NCBI GenBank assembly: GCA_028534125.1
Contig: CM052817.1
Span: forward strand, 49,850,001-49,914,000
Source: Lama glama
Taxonomy: Eukaryota
Direction of reading: 5' to 3'
Length of the DNA stretch: 64,000 bases
The notes beneath the pieces were generated by a model. That model had not been told where the DNA came from and ran no database searches. It was given only the letters and a program-made list of their open reading frames with translations. Position 1 is the stretch's first letter. Each line of letters begins with the position of its first letter. The translations under genes were made by a program, and so were the position numbers. Positions 51,951 to 64,000 of the stretch are shown piece by piece.

Positions 51951-54754
51951 TTCCCTTTTCATCGTCAACACCTATCACCTTGTAGTCTATATCCTTAGCA
52001 ATCCAGTGAAACTCTAGTCAAGGTCACCAAAGACAAACCTACTATCAAAACTAATGATGCTTTTTCTGTTCTTGACTTACTGTAATTTTCATCAATATTC
52101 AAACAGTTCAAACCTGAGCACCTATGAGGAGCTCAGGTGAAGGAGGACTGGGCCATATCTCAGAGAATACTGGAGTGGCAGGAGATGAAAGAGAAGGTTT
52201 GATTTGAGAGAGACCACATGACAAGGAGGTGGGTTGGGAAATTGTCAAGCATCAGGAACCTACATGGAAGATTAATTGGTGTCTGAAGGCCATCCCTCCC
52301 TCTTTGGGTGAGTAAATCACACTGCCCTCATGCAGAAGCCCCATTGCTGTTTTTCGTATCACTATCTGGTGATGTCCTTCCTTTTTCAGAGATCAGCATA
52401 ATATCCCTTGGCCATTCATGAAAACAGTCATTATCCTAAAACAGTGCTGAGCCATCTGAGTAACTATTCTGGGTGGAAATCCAATTTTCATCAGTCTAGT
52501 ATTATTTTTAATTCCCCTGAAAAGAGGGTGTGGTAATTCCTTGACAAATTAAGGAGAAAGCCCAGCATCAATCCTTGAGTGGAACTGGACAGTGGTGAAT
52601 TCTTATACCAATTCATTTCCCACTGGAGACACCCCTCTTAGCTCTGTGAAACTGTCTGCTCTTGGTTTCTCTCCTATCTCACCAGAAGTTCTTGCTCAGT
52701 TTCATTTTTTTCTCCTTCTCTTCTACCTAATAATTATATGGGCTCACATCTAGGGATTCCTGGTTTGTCTGTCTACCTTCTCCCCCTTGGGGATACCGCT
52801 CAGTTCTCTGTACATGGGTATGTATATATATGTGTGTATATACACATTTACACACACATGCACACATATGCACAGATGTATATATTACAAAATTTATATA
52901 TTTAGCTTAGACTTCTCTGAGCTACAAATTCATATATCCAAATTTCTACTTGATTTCTCTATATGCATATTTTACTCGACATATCTTTATTATGTTATAA
53001 TGAACTCTATTTCTTCCCTAAATCACTTTCTCATGCATTTTCCCACCTCAGTGAAGTCACCAAAATCTACCCAGTTTGTTCAAGACAAAACCCAGAATTC
53101 ATTCTTAATTTATCTCTCCCTGTTGTCTTACATTCAATCCATCAGTAAGTCTAGTCTGCAAAACATTTTCCAAATCTGCCCATTTCCCTGTCTCTATTGT
53201 CATTGATCTAACCTAATCTATTATTACCTCTCTCAACCTGATTGGAGCCACAAATTTCTCATAAATTCCTCTTGTTCTGCTATAATCTATTCTCCACAAA
53301 GTAGACAGAATGCTCTTTTTTGACATACAATTAAAATGTCACTCCTTTAATGACTCTGTATCTCACCTGAAACAAAGTCCAAATTTCTTAACTTGTTGTT
53401 CTAGATTAATTCTGAATGATCAATTCTAGCTCAGGTTGAGAGGCTATGGGACATTGATAGTTTAACATTTTTCCTTCTCAGAAAAAGATGGAATTAATAT
53501 AATATCATCATTGTTCCTTAAGAGTGACACAGCAACACCTACACTGCAATTCAAGGAAATATATATATGTATAATATATATTTTATGTATTTATCATTTT
53601 GTATATATGTACATATATAAGCTAAGAGAAAGGAAATATGTAAGCTCTGTAAAATTCTTTGATATTTCTGTGTGTATAGACAAGTTTGCTGCCTTAATGC
53701 TTCTATTAAGTAATAGAAAGGAATCATATCTTTATCAATTAGAACATTTTAAACTAGAAAAATGAGAAACACAGTTGAAAAGGGCTGAAACAAAAAAGAC
53801 ACTATTTCACATAACAATCAACCCAAAGGTTAGTTGATTTAGAGCTCCAGTGAATTTAGGATTTTGGCATATGTACTATATCAGTTTTTGATCTCAGGCT
53901 TGTCCACTACTGTCAGGAAAAACATGTAACAAACAGCTGCAAGAGTCATCTCCTCATAGAACAAGTCCAGAGACACAAAAGGGAATATTTCCTTGCTGTG
54001 TCTGTTCTTATTAACAGGGAGAATCTTAAAAACAAAACAAAACAAAAAACAAGGAGAATCTTCTTCAGTAACTCATCTTGTTATCCTGCCTCTCACTTAT
54101 ATTCCTGAATTGTCTAACACGCCAATGCCTAAGCCAGTCCACTCCATGGAGATTGGAATTATGACTATTTTAGATCACTCATAACTCAGTATCTAGGATT
54201 TGGGAGAAATCTAGATTTCCATGAAGCTCATGGCAGCCCTGTATCTGAACAAAATTGATACTCTGTTAGCAAGAAAGAAGGGAGAACTCTTAACAAGAAA
54301 GAAAAGGTATGGTGTCTGCCAAATTGCCTTTCAGCAATTTGAATGACTAAAGAGGTTGGAATTAGATGTCATCAGTGACCATCATTTTTGTCCAGTAGAA
54401 GTATTAAAAGTGATGCCAGCATCTCCCACCTTGAAGCAATCACCATATCTATCCATGAAACTTGGTGGTAGCGAATCTGTTTCTACTTCTTGCCTATCCC
54501 TTTCATCCTGAATTGTCCAAGATTCGGAAATAAGCATGAAATCTCATGAGAATTCATTCAAGTAATTTAGTCTGTTGGTATTATTATTACTTAATATTAT
54601 CTTTAATTGATAATTAAGAATCTGTAGGAAAACTCTTTTGAGTAGTGTTTATCTCTTGGCATCCTAAAATTGTCATTTCACTAATTATTAAAAACAGATA
54701 CCTCTCTTCCTACCTTATTAGAGATGATAACCTTTGCTTCCTCTGTCTACCACT

Positions 54755-55583
54755 CTGCATTAAAGCATCCTTAACCACATTGGTGAGGTTATTGTCCAGA
54801 TTAGAAATACCTGCTGGGAGCTCTACTGCCTGGAATATAAAAATCAGCCTCCCATCAAAAGCCCAGTGATAAGAGCATTGTGAGAGATGGCTCCTTCAAC
54901 ACCACCTTCAGTGAGACTAGTGTTGTCGAGTATGTCCCCACAAAACTGTGTATAGACCAAAAACTATTTGTAAGAGATGGAAGTCTCCCTAGGATGCCAT
55001 CACTGGCAAAGATGTTGCAAATAGCTGTGCCTCTAGGCACTACACCATTGAAAAGGAAATCAATGACCTAGTGTTAGATAGGATTCAGAAGCTAGCTGAC
55101 CTAAGTATAGGTCTTCAGGCTATCTTAGACTTCTGCTGGTTGGTTGTAAAGCCAGAGTCTCTTTCTCCTACCTGCTGATAGTTGATTATAGGAATAGAGT
55201 TATCTGTTACCCAGCTTCTTAGTTTTTCTTAGCTGTAGCTAAAGTCTTCAACTTCATCTACCCTGGAGCATTATGATTGTGCTTTTATATAAGATAATAG
55301 GGCTATCTATATTTGTGTAGAAACCTTGATATCAAGCATCCACATTTTCAACAGGATTGTATCCTCCATCACTGCTTCCTTCAGATTTTATGGTGCCTTG
55401 AATATCTACATGAAAGAATTTCATACCAACTTGTTCTCTATCTCCATACCTACCTCCCTCTGTCCACATATATCCCAGTTATCTTTGTGAGGAAAACACA
55501 AACATTTTCTGTAGCAGAAATTACTAATGCTTGCTCTGAGTTAACCAACATGTGACCCTTGACGTGGTAAATATATGGCATGT
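54755..55583 (+). pseudogene. Decayed processed alpha-tubulin pseudogene (about codons 1-315)
   Basis: Collinear alpha-tubulin blocks: gtccagattagaaatacctgctgggagctctactgcctggaa (VQI.N.CWELYCLE), SFNTTFSET, cactacaccattgaaaaggaaatcaatgacctagtgttagataggattcagaagctagctgac (HYTI.KEI.DLVLDRI.KLAD), IVSSITAS..F.GALN, SVAEITNAC, tgtgaccct...ggtaaatatatggcatgt (CDP..GKYMAC). No introns; many indels and stops. Confidence 0.92.
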
Positions 55584-55768
55584 CTAAAGCCAGGATGCAG
55601 AATATAAAATGACATCAAAGCCAGGAGGAATGGAACTGCAAATAAACTAAGGAAACAGAAACAAAAGATTAATGAAAGATCAGTGCAGCCCAGAACTCAG
55701 TAAGGAAAGCCATATAGAAAAGGGGTTTAGAAGTAACCCAAAGTATAAGTTAGAGGAAGCGAGTTAGA

Positions 55769-55945
55769 GCAGTGCAAAATATGGTCCTAGGGCTAGCAGC
55801 ACACACATTAACAGGGAACTTATTAGAAATGCAAATTCTCAGCCCTTACCTAAGCGTACTGAAGGAGAAATGCTAGTGTGGGGTCCAACAATCTGCTTTA
55901 ACAGGCAAACCAGGAGATTCTGATGTGTGCTTAAGGTTGATGTTC
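55769..55945. mobile_element. MER5A DNA transposon
   Basis: gggaacttattagaaatgcaaattctcag...gtggggtccaacaatctg...ggagattctgatg. Confidence 0.8.
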
Positions 55946-57081
55946 TCCAGGCTAGAGGTTCTAGCTATCAAACTAAAGATGAGAAAACAAGCCAAAGATG
56001 AGAAGGGAGATGATCTGAACATTGTTTCAGTCAAGAAAAAAGATGTGAAATGCAACAGTACAGTTGAGGAAGCAGCTGCCTCTAGGGTGACTAGTGACTG
56101 TGGCTGAATTTGGATCTCTGGAATGGGGCTCTGAACGTCCTCTTTCATAAACAAGGTGAGTTGCCTTTATCACTCAATTCGTGCAGATTCTGAGCATTTA
56201 CAGAATATTGCCAAGAAAGCCACACAAACATGAAGCCCTGCTTAGGGATTTTCAGGTTTGTCATCTGTTTTCTATCAAATATCAGAAGGTTAACTTAGGA
56301 GCGTGATTTATTATATTTTACCTCTAGTCACTGTTGCATAAGCGGTTAAGTTAAACAATAAAGTGTCTTGGGAAACTATATTTCAATCTTTAATCTATGA
56401 TGATTTGTCTTTTTATTGCTCCACAGGCAATTTTTCAAAACATTTTAGGAAAATGTGATATACACATATTCTAATTCATAGTCGATTTAGGGGTGTAATT
56501 ATTCACATTTTGAAACAGTTAATTTCCTTTATAAGGAATTCCCTCTGGGTTGTTCTAAACAGCCCTCTTCAAGTCAGTTCAAATGTTACTGCAACACCTT
56601 TGGACAAAGAAGCATTCTTCAAAAGAAGGTTGACTGCTTACCAACCATGTTTGAAGGTCTGGCCTCAGGGTCAGTACTTCCCATTATTTATCATATGAAA
56701 CAGGTGTTCCAATAGTCTGGCTCTGGGCATAATATACTAGAAAAATACTCAGCAAAGTTCTAGTCGTGGCTCTGCACCTGCAAGGATATGAATTTATCCA
56801 ATACATTTAACCTCTTTATCTCTTTGAATCATCCTCTGTAAAACAATGGGGTTGTATATTTAGATGACTGCTAAGTATCCTTTATGTGCTAATAGTCAAT
56901 TACTTAGGAATATGAAGTTGAAAATGCATGTAAATAGCCTCTGTAATTATGAAACACAACATAGTTGATTTTGATTATCTTTATAATTAATGATGTAAAC
57001 TATTTAATTTACAGAAATCCAATTTGCACATAAAGTTTCAGGAAGATATTCATTATAATTTACACTTACATAATGATCAAG

Positions 57082-57348
57082 ACGGGGCAATTCTAAATGT
57101 ATTGTGGTATCCTGGATTTTCTGGATCCATACAGAAAAAAGGACATTAGTGAAAAACTGGTGAAATGCAGTAAAATATATAGCTAGTTAATAGTACTGTA
57201 CCAATGTTAATTTCTTAGTTTTGACAAATGTACCATGATTTTGTAAGATGTTATCATTAGAGGAAGCTGAGTGAAGTATATACAGAAATTGTTTTACCTT
57301 TGAAAATTTTCTGCAGATCTAAAAGTATCCAAAATAAAGATTTTAAAA
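57082..57348 (+). mobile_element. Old L1MC/ME 3' end
   Basis: ggtatcctggat...aaaggacattagtgaaaaactggtgaaat...ccaatgttaatttcttagttttgacaaatgtacc. Confidence 0.75.
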
Positions 57349-58106
57349 TAAAATTATTGTGCTATGCCTTGAGAATGTAATTGCATTCATATATACATAC
57401 ATATGAAAACACATGCAGCACAGGGACAACAGAAATGAAGGAAAGAGACAGTGGCTCTTTGACAGATCATAATAGAGGAGAGTGCACCAAGAAACCACAG
57501 AAATCAAGCCACCATATTTTTTTAACACTATATCAAAGCAACAACAACAAAAAAGGTAGCTCTCTATTGTTAGAAAAATTTTCCTGAAATCTGTAAGGAA
57601 GGAAAAATGAGTTTGGACTGAAAAAGTAAAAATCTGCTTTGCCATTCATCAGGTATAAATAATAAACACAGATAAAGCCAGCAGTAAAGTTAACATAAAA
57701 TAGTATTTCTCCCAATAATCTGCTGTAAATTGTCACCAAGAAGCCACACTTCGTGTAAGTGCTGCATTTTTCCTCACAGAAAACCCCTATCTCTAAAATA
57801 ATAAACTGTCAAAAAGAACTTGCTCTTTGAAATCCTTTCATTGAAATTGAAATATCCCATTCTTGGCTAAATGATCTAAGTTATAATGACACAGAGAAAC
57901 AGCCTCTACTTGTAGAACTTCAGAAAGGGGTTTGTAGACGCATTTCCCACCAATTTTAACTCTGTAGATTCCAAGAAAACAGCACCCTGGGTCCATGTTG
58001 CAGTCCAGCCTAACATAGATCCCTTTATATACAGTCTCGCTTTCTTTAAGTCTATCAAAATGCTACTTCAAACCTGTGAAGAAATGTGGGTGTTAGATGA
58101 AACTTG

Positions 58107-58530
58107 GTATATTCATTTTCCATTGCTGTATACCAAATTACCATAAACACAGTGGCTTAAAAAATACAAATTTATTATCTCACAGTTCTCAGGTCAGAAC
58201 TGGGGACCCATTATAGCTGGGTTCTCTGCCCAGGGCCTCCCAAGGTTGAAATCAAGGTATTAGCTTACTCGCTCTGTTCTGGAACTTGGGGTCTTCTTCC
58301 AAGTTCATACATGTGTTGACCAAATTTAGTTCCTTGCAGCTGTAGGCCAAGGTTCCCTTCTCATACTGGCTGATAGCTGGAGGCCACTCTAAGCTCCTAG
58401 AGGCCATTTCCATTCCCTTCCATGTGGTCCCTTCCCTTTTCAAAGCCAGCAATGGAGTTCTTTCGCACATCAAATTCCTCCTCACATTTTGAATCTCTTT
58501 CTCTAGGAAAAGCCCAGTCTCTCTTAAAGG
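58107..58530 (-). mobile_element. MLT1 (MaLR) LTR, MLT1D-like
   Basis: ttttccattgctgtataccaaattaccataaacacagtggcttaaaa...tttattatctcacagttct...agttccttgcagctgtagg. Confidence 0.8.
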
Positions 58531-59589
58531 TAGAAATATATACTAAAAGGTGACAAATCCTACAAAAGAAAAATAGTAAGTATACACTTGCTTTTCCCTC
58601 TGCCTAGACTGCTCTTCTGATAAGATATTCACAGGACTCGCATCATTTAGATTTTAGCTCAAATTGTCACTTCTTCAAAGAGGCCATCTTTGACTACTTT
58701 ATCCAAAATTTTCTCCCTCGTCCTCCCCAAGTCTCTTTCCATCTCCTTATCGTTTTCAAATTTTCTTCATCATATTTACTATCTGATGTTATTTTTTCAT
58801 TTATTTCCCACCTTTTTTGGCTTCCCACAATGAGATTGATGATATCAGGGATCACTGTATTTCTATCACCTGATTATTGTCTAGTCATTGGGTCCTAATG
58901 TTTATTAGGCATTCAGTAAATGTTTAGGAAGGAAAGAAATAGGGAAAAGAAATTAGAGGGAGGGCCATAGAAATATGTCTTAATTTGTGGGGTGGATGAA
59001 AGATATTTATATCTATTAGCTTTAGAATAAAGAGAACAGGCAGCAGATAAATCTAGTGCCAGAGCAGAACCTTGAATGGGACATAGACCAGTTCATTCTC
59101 AAGATTTTGTAGAAAAAGTACACAACTTGATCGAGAAACCTGAAGGATGACATCTGTGAGCAGCATGAAATTTCCAGATATTTGGAGATGTGCAGTTTTG
59201 AAAGGAGAATGGAGAGGTACACATTCTTACTGTTTCGTAAGAACGGTGAAAGAGGAGTCAATGGAAAGAGCATTAGATGATAAGTTCTTAGACACATGTT
59301 CTAGTACTTAATCCGACAAAAGTCACTTACACTGACCCAAAGTTCCTGCCCCTCACCCATAAACTGAAGAGGGCAACCTAGATGACATAATGTCATTCAC
59401 AGCTCTAAAAATCACATGATTCTATAAAATCCGTGATAAGTATTAGAAGTCCGAAATTATTTGTTAAACGTATAACGTCTTAAAATAAAATCCCAGACTA
59501 GAAATCGGAAGTTAACTTATTAATAGCCTTCGCTTTTTTTTAATTTATAAAATGAAAGGGTTTTTTCCTCTTCCTATACAACTCTTAAA

Positions 59590-60400
59590 GATGTTGATAC
59601 GCAAACCCATCACTTCGCTGGCCATTGGAATCCTCTGGGTACCTTCAGCGCTCGGTTCCGTTAACAGGTACCAGACCCCCTCCACAGCGCTGCCGCTCAC
59701 GGCGGCCAACCGCAGCAAAGCCGGCCCAACGGCCACACCCAAACCGGAAGCCAGGACGCCCCTGGGCTTGACGGGAAGGCCGGGCTCAGCAGCGCGCTCC
59801 CAGACCCGCCCCCTCCGGTGACGTCACCGCCCCTTGACCTCGCGGTCCCGCCCCCTTCCCTACCTCCCAGTAGCCAACGGCGGCTGCGTCTCAGGAGACG
59901 ATGGAGGGACCCCAGGCGGTGGCCGCACCTCAGGGACAAGAGGCGTCCTGCTCCTCCTGGGGAGCCGGCAGGTGAGAGGATGAGTGTGGGCGCGAAGAAG
60001 CAAGGCGTGGCGGGCAGGACCCGGGCGCCGGCTTTCTGCTTGTTCCCCTGTTTAGGCAGGGAGCGCGCGAGAGGCCTCGGGGCCGGGCGGAGCCGGCGCC
60101 GGGCGGCGAGGGGAACGCGCGGGGTGGGTGTGGCGTCGTGGGCTCCGGCCTCTACTGCTCCCGGCTCCGCTGAGGAGAAAGTCCACTTTTCGCCCCTTTT
60201 GGAGCTTTCTCAGTACCAGTGGGGTCGGCCATCCTCCTTCCTCCCAGTCGCCGGACGTGGGGGGAGGGAGGGGCTCCCGCGGAGAGTTGTGGCCCGGGTC
60301 GCTTGGAGTGAGCTTTCCAGCCCTGGTGCCAAACACCTTCTTCCTTCCTTTCGGTAAGTGAAAGCTTGAGCTCCACTGTGCGCGATCCTCCACTGGGATC
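59590..60400. promoter_or_regulatory. UBA6: UBA6 CpG-island promoter (CRE palindrome, ETS sites, GC boxes)
   Basis: Only CpG-rich region in the window; CGGTGACGTCACCG at 59816-59829; CCGGAAG at 59744; GC boxes near 59806 and 59847; no TATA box. Confidence 0.92.
59901..59971 (+). CDS. UBA6: Ubiquitin-like modifier-activating enzyme 6, coding exon 1
   Basis: gagacgATGg Kozak context; MEGPQAVAAPQGQEASCSSWGAG; donor CAG|gtgaga; 71 nt. Confidence 0.93.
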
Positions 60401-61709
60401 CTCCTTTGAAAACTATTACCAGAGGGAACTTGTTAATAATGAATCAGTGGTAGTCAGGGCATCCTGAGGATTCTGCTGACTACACTTAGAAAAAAAAATC
60501 CAGGAAAAAAACAGGAGTTACCCATTATTTCCCAATTGGTATTGAGGTTCTTTACGTCTTTTCCACTTCTGCAAAAATAGGGGGGGAAACGTTCCTGTAT
60601 TTCCTGCTTCAATCATTTCATAATTAATAAAACGGATAGTTACATTCCGCTCACTACCAGAATACAGTACGCCTAAGATGGAAGTGAAGGATATGTGATT
60701 TTGAGCTAATGTGAGTGGTCACAAACCTGTAGCTTTTTCGCCAGCTTCAGACTTAAGGGATGCTTTTGGTACGTTGGTATTGCCAGCCGCTGCCAACACT
60801 GCCAAATTTACTTGGATATATTACGTAATGCAAACAAAATCTCCCTCTTTTTAGAGCATTTTTATTGCTATATAGACCTTATTATAAAAACTATTTTTGA
60901 AACATTCCAGGAAATAGAACTTTCTGAAAAGTAAGTGCCAGTTGGTTGTATCATTAAGTGACAGAACGGGTTAGAATATAGCGTTTCTCATTTTTGCTTA
61001 AGAGTTTTACTCACTAGACTGTTGCCCTTCCTGCAAGGAAGACAGTTAGTGAAGGTGTAGTAGGGATAGGAATACGGTGTAATATGAATTTTTGTTTATT
61101 TTCACATTTGTTACAATGCCAGAATATGTTATCTATGTGTGTGTTTAGATAGATGATCTCTTAAACACATCTATCTTCTGGTTTGCTTTCTTGATTGCAA
61201 TCAGAAATAGTTCTCGTAGTTATCCATTTATTTAGCTAGGAGCTGATACCATTTGATAATGCCAGTCAGTGTTTAGTAAGAGAAATAATAGCATCTTGAT
61301 TATATATTTTCAAATCCTTTGTCTATATAAGATATATACCAGGCCTAGAAAATTGGATTCCAGAACTGAATTTTGTGCTATTACATTGTTTTTAGAGTCT
61401 TGTAATTGATAATTATAGCTTCCCAAAACCTAGAATGGATTACACTTTCGCCAAAATGATACTGATCTTAGCTGTCACTGTGGCTGAGGTCCCAGGCTGG
61501 TTCCCTCTTTCCCAGAACCATCTCTGTTTTCCTGTGTTTACCTAGTATCATTTTTGTGTGTATGCCATGCTGTTAAAAAAAATTAGGATGAACTGATAAT
61601 ATCACTCTAAGTATATCTGTCACACTAGTATGCTTAACTTTTTTTAATTTAAAAAATTCATTCAAGAGTTTTTTTTGGGTGGGGGGTGCTTTCTTTATGC
61701 CTACTGTGA

Positions 61710-61950
61710 GAGGCGATAGACAGTATAGCATGGTTGTCAAGAGCCAAACTCATTAGATTGATGGCCCTGCCATTTACCTGCTGTGTGGCCATGGGAAGGT
61801 TATTTATGTTAAATTCTCTGTCAGTCTCAGGTTTTTTCCTCTGTTCAATGAAGATAATAATTGGCCTGTCTCATAAAGTTGTTGAGAGGATTAACTGAGT
61901 TAATACATTAAAGCACTTAAAATAACGTGTGGTACAATGTTTGCTCTTGT
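61710..61950. mobile_element. MIR SINE
   Basis: ctgccatttacctgctgtgtggccatgggaaggttattt...gttgttgagaggattaactgagttaatac. Confidence 0.75.
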
Positions 61951-62107
61951 TATTAAATGCCAGGTACTGTTTTAGGTATTTGGAATAAAGTAGTGAATTC
62001 CTAACAGATCATGCATTCTATAGGGAAAGGCAAATGGTAAATAGTTAATGATAAGTGATTTGAAGAAAATACAGCAGATTAGGGAGCCACCTAAGAAGAT
62101 TTCATTG

Positions 62108-62732
62108 TGTTAACAAACCAAGTGTGGATCTGCTCACCTGATGCACAGCAAAGCCAATCTGCTGGCGCTGAGTTGTGTGAAGGAAAGTACAGAGTTTGTT
62201 GCAGGACCAAGCAGAAAGAATGGGCAGCTCATGCTCAAAAGTCCCAAACTCCTCACTGGTTTTCAGGGAAGGGTTTTTAAAGATAGTCTGAGGGGGTGCA
62301 TTGTTGGGTGTGTGATCAGCTCAGTGCTCAGTTCTCTGATTGGTTGATAACAGCGTAATGTATTTGGAATCTTCATTATCAGCTTTCTGGTTCCAGCTGA
62401 CCTAGGGTCTACCTGCCACTGGTCTGCATGCAGTTAACGTCTTCCGCCTGGTGGGGATTTTAGTATCTGTGAAACAACTGGAGGATATGACTCGGAATGT
62501 TATCTATAGACCTTGAAGAGGGACTCAAGGTCCTTGACTTTGTTATATGGCTTAACTATTATTATTTTGTCTTACTTGACTACTTTCTTTTGTTGCTGCA
62601 TTTTCTCACTTCTCTGATTAAATTTGCTTTTTGGAAATAGGGAGATGCCTAGGAGGCTAAAACTTTCCTGCAAATGAACAGGGAGCAGGAATCTGTCCCA
62701 GGGAAGGCCCCACAGAGTTCTGCTCAGTTTCA
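62108..62732 (-). mobile_element. ERV1-class solo LTR in UBA6 intron 1
   Basis: TG...CA ends; gggcagctcatgctcaaaag...ggttttcagggaagggtttttaaag; CCAAT on the minus strand near 62340; interrupts an L2. Confidence 0.7.
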
Positions 62733-62734
62733 GT

Positions 62735-63620
62735 AGGGTGATCAGAAATGGTCTGTGTAATATTTGTGAAGCAACATTTTAATATTTTAATATTTAAATG
62801 ATAAGAGCCAGCTATTCAGAGATCTGAGGGAAGAGCATTCCAAGCAGAGGGAATAGTAAGTATAAAAACTCTAAAGTGATAACAAGCTTGACTTTTTAAG
62901 AAACAGTAGTAGGCCAGTGTGACTGAAGATAATGAGCAAGAGGAAGGGTTGTGGGAGTTGAGGTTGGAGAAGTAATTGGGAGACAGACATAAAGACCCTT
63001 TTAAGTATAGAAGGTGTTTTAATTTTGTTCTAAGTGTAAAGGAAACTTGCTGAAGGATAGTTCTAAGTCAGGGAATAATGTCTCATTAGTTTCTAAAGAA
63101 TTTAGGTTGTTAGATGGAAAGTCAACTGAAGGGGAAGGGCAATAGAAGTAGAAGAGTTAAGCCATTGAAGTAGTTCAGATGAGATATGATGGTTTGGTCT
63201 GAGATTGTACTGATTCAAATAATGACAAGTAATCAGATTTGAGGTCCCTTTTGAAGGTAGAACTAACAAGACTCACAGATGGAGGAAATAAGGGAACAGG
63301 TTAAGAAGATCCCTGTATTACTGGCCTGAGCAAGTGAGTAAATGGTGGTACCATTTACTTGCTGGTCGCAAGTGAGTTGGGAAAGACTGAGGAAGAGGAG
63401 ACTAAATAAGGGGAATTAAATTCTGTTTGAGACATGTTATGTTTGTGATACCAGTTAGACATCAGAATAGAGATATTGCTCTGGCAGATGTGTAAAATCT
63501 GAGGTCAGAGGAGAGATCAAACATGTAGAAATAAGCTTAGATATCATCAGTGTATGGTAAATTCCATGGACTGAATGAAATTACCTAGGCAGAGTATGTA
63601 TATTAAGGAAGGTCTATGGA
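62735..63620. mobile_element. L2 LINE fragment
   Basis: gggaagagcattccaagcagagggaatag...ggcctgagcaagtgagtaaatggtggtaccatttact...gacatgttatgtttgtgatacc. Confidence 0.75.
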
Positions 63621-63923
63621 ACACAAACAAAATTATTAAAATACATCTCTGTCAGAATATTTGTAGCAGTGATAAAACCTGAGAATGAAACAGCCATGGG
63701 CTCTAATTTTATAATACACACAGTGTGGGCAGTCAGTGAATTTAATTTCAACCTACTTTTTAAAAAAAATCTAAAGTGGTAGATAATAAAATATATATAT
63801 GGTTTATAAAACCTCTTTTAGTACCTGATGAATCTGATCCCATGTATAATTGAATTTTACATTGGAGAATGTGAATATTGAATAACCATACTTGCCCTTA
63901 TAAGCTGTGTTTTCTTTTTTCAG

Positions 63924-63986
63924 TGGGAATACAAATTTGCTCATCATGCCAACAGAATCTGTGGAGATTGATGATGCATTATACAG
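63924..63986 (+). CDS. UBA6: UBA6 coding exon 2 (gene continues beyond window)
   Basis: ttttttcag|T...TACAG|gtaaga; 63 nt; GNTNLLIMPTESVEIDDALY(S), the start of the E1 IDxxLYSRQ motif. Confidence 0.95.
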
Positions 63987-64000
63987 GTAAGAACCATAGG

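Noticed and set aside
54845..55070. Minus-strand peptides (FCGDILDNTSLTE...[20 protein letters not shown]) superficially like bornavirus nucleoprotein (EBLN)
   Set aside because: The plus strand is a much longer, collinear alpha-tubulin match; the resemblance is coincidental antisense translation.
59545..60393. Cluster of ORFs up to 179 aa in the CpG island
   Set aside because: GC-rich, stop-poor sequence; the true UBA6 frame is the spliced 59901-59971 exon.

Overview
Mammalian genomic DNA, most likely a camelid (alpaca, llama or camel), judged from a Vic-1-like tRNA-derived SINE at 40001. It covers the conserved TMPRSS11-GNRHR-UBA6 neighbourhood, and all three genes lie on the + strand. (1) The last seven coding exons (5025-28239, 335 codons plus stop) of an apparently intact type II transmembrane serine protease matching TMPRSS11C/neurobin, which is a pseudogene in human. 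(2) The complete three-exon, 328-aa type I GnRH receptor GNRHR (32351-44727), with several unusual substitutions. (3) The CpG-island promoter and first two coding exons of UBA6 (59901-63986, continuing off the window). Between GNRHR and UBA6 is a heavily decayed alpha-tubulin retrocopy (about 54755-55583). The 500-N gap (4180-4679) sits inside a probably full-length, young antisense LINE-1 with both ends and a perfect 15-bp TSD visible. The rest is L1/L2/MIR/MER/MLT/Tigger repeats. I found no wholly new multi-gene system; the best leads are lineage-specific features of known genes. Comparisons with other species and repeat family names are from memory, not from a database search.
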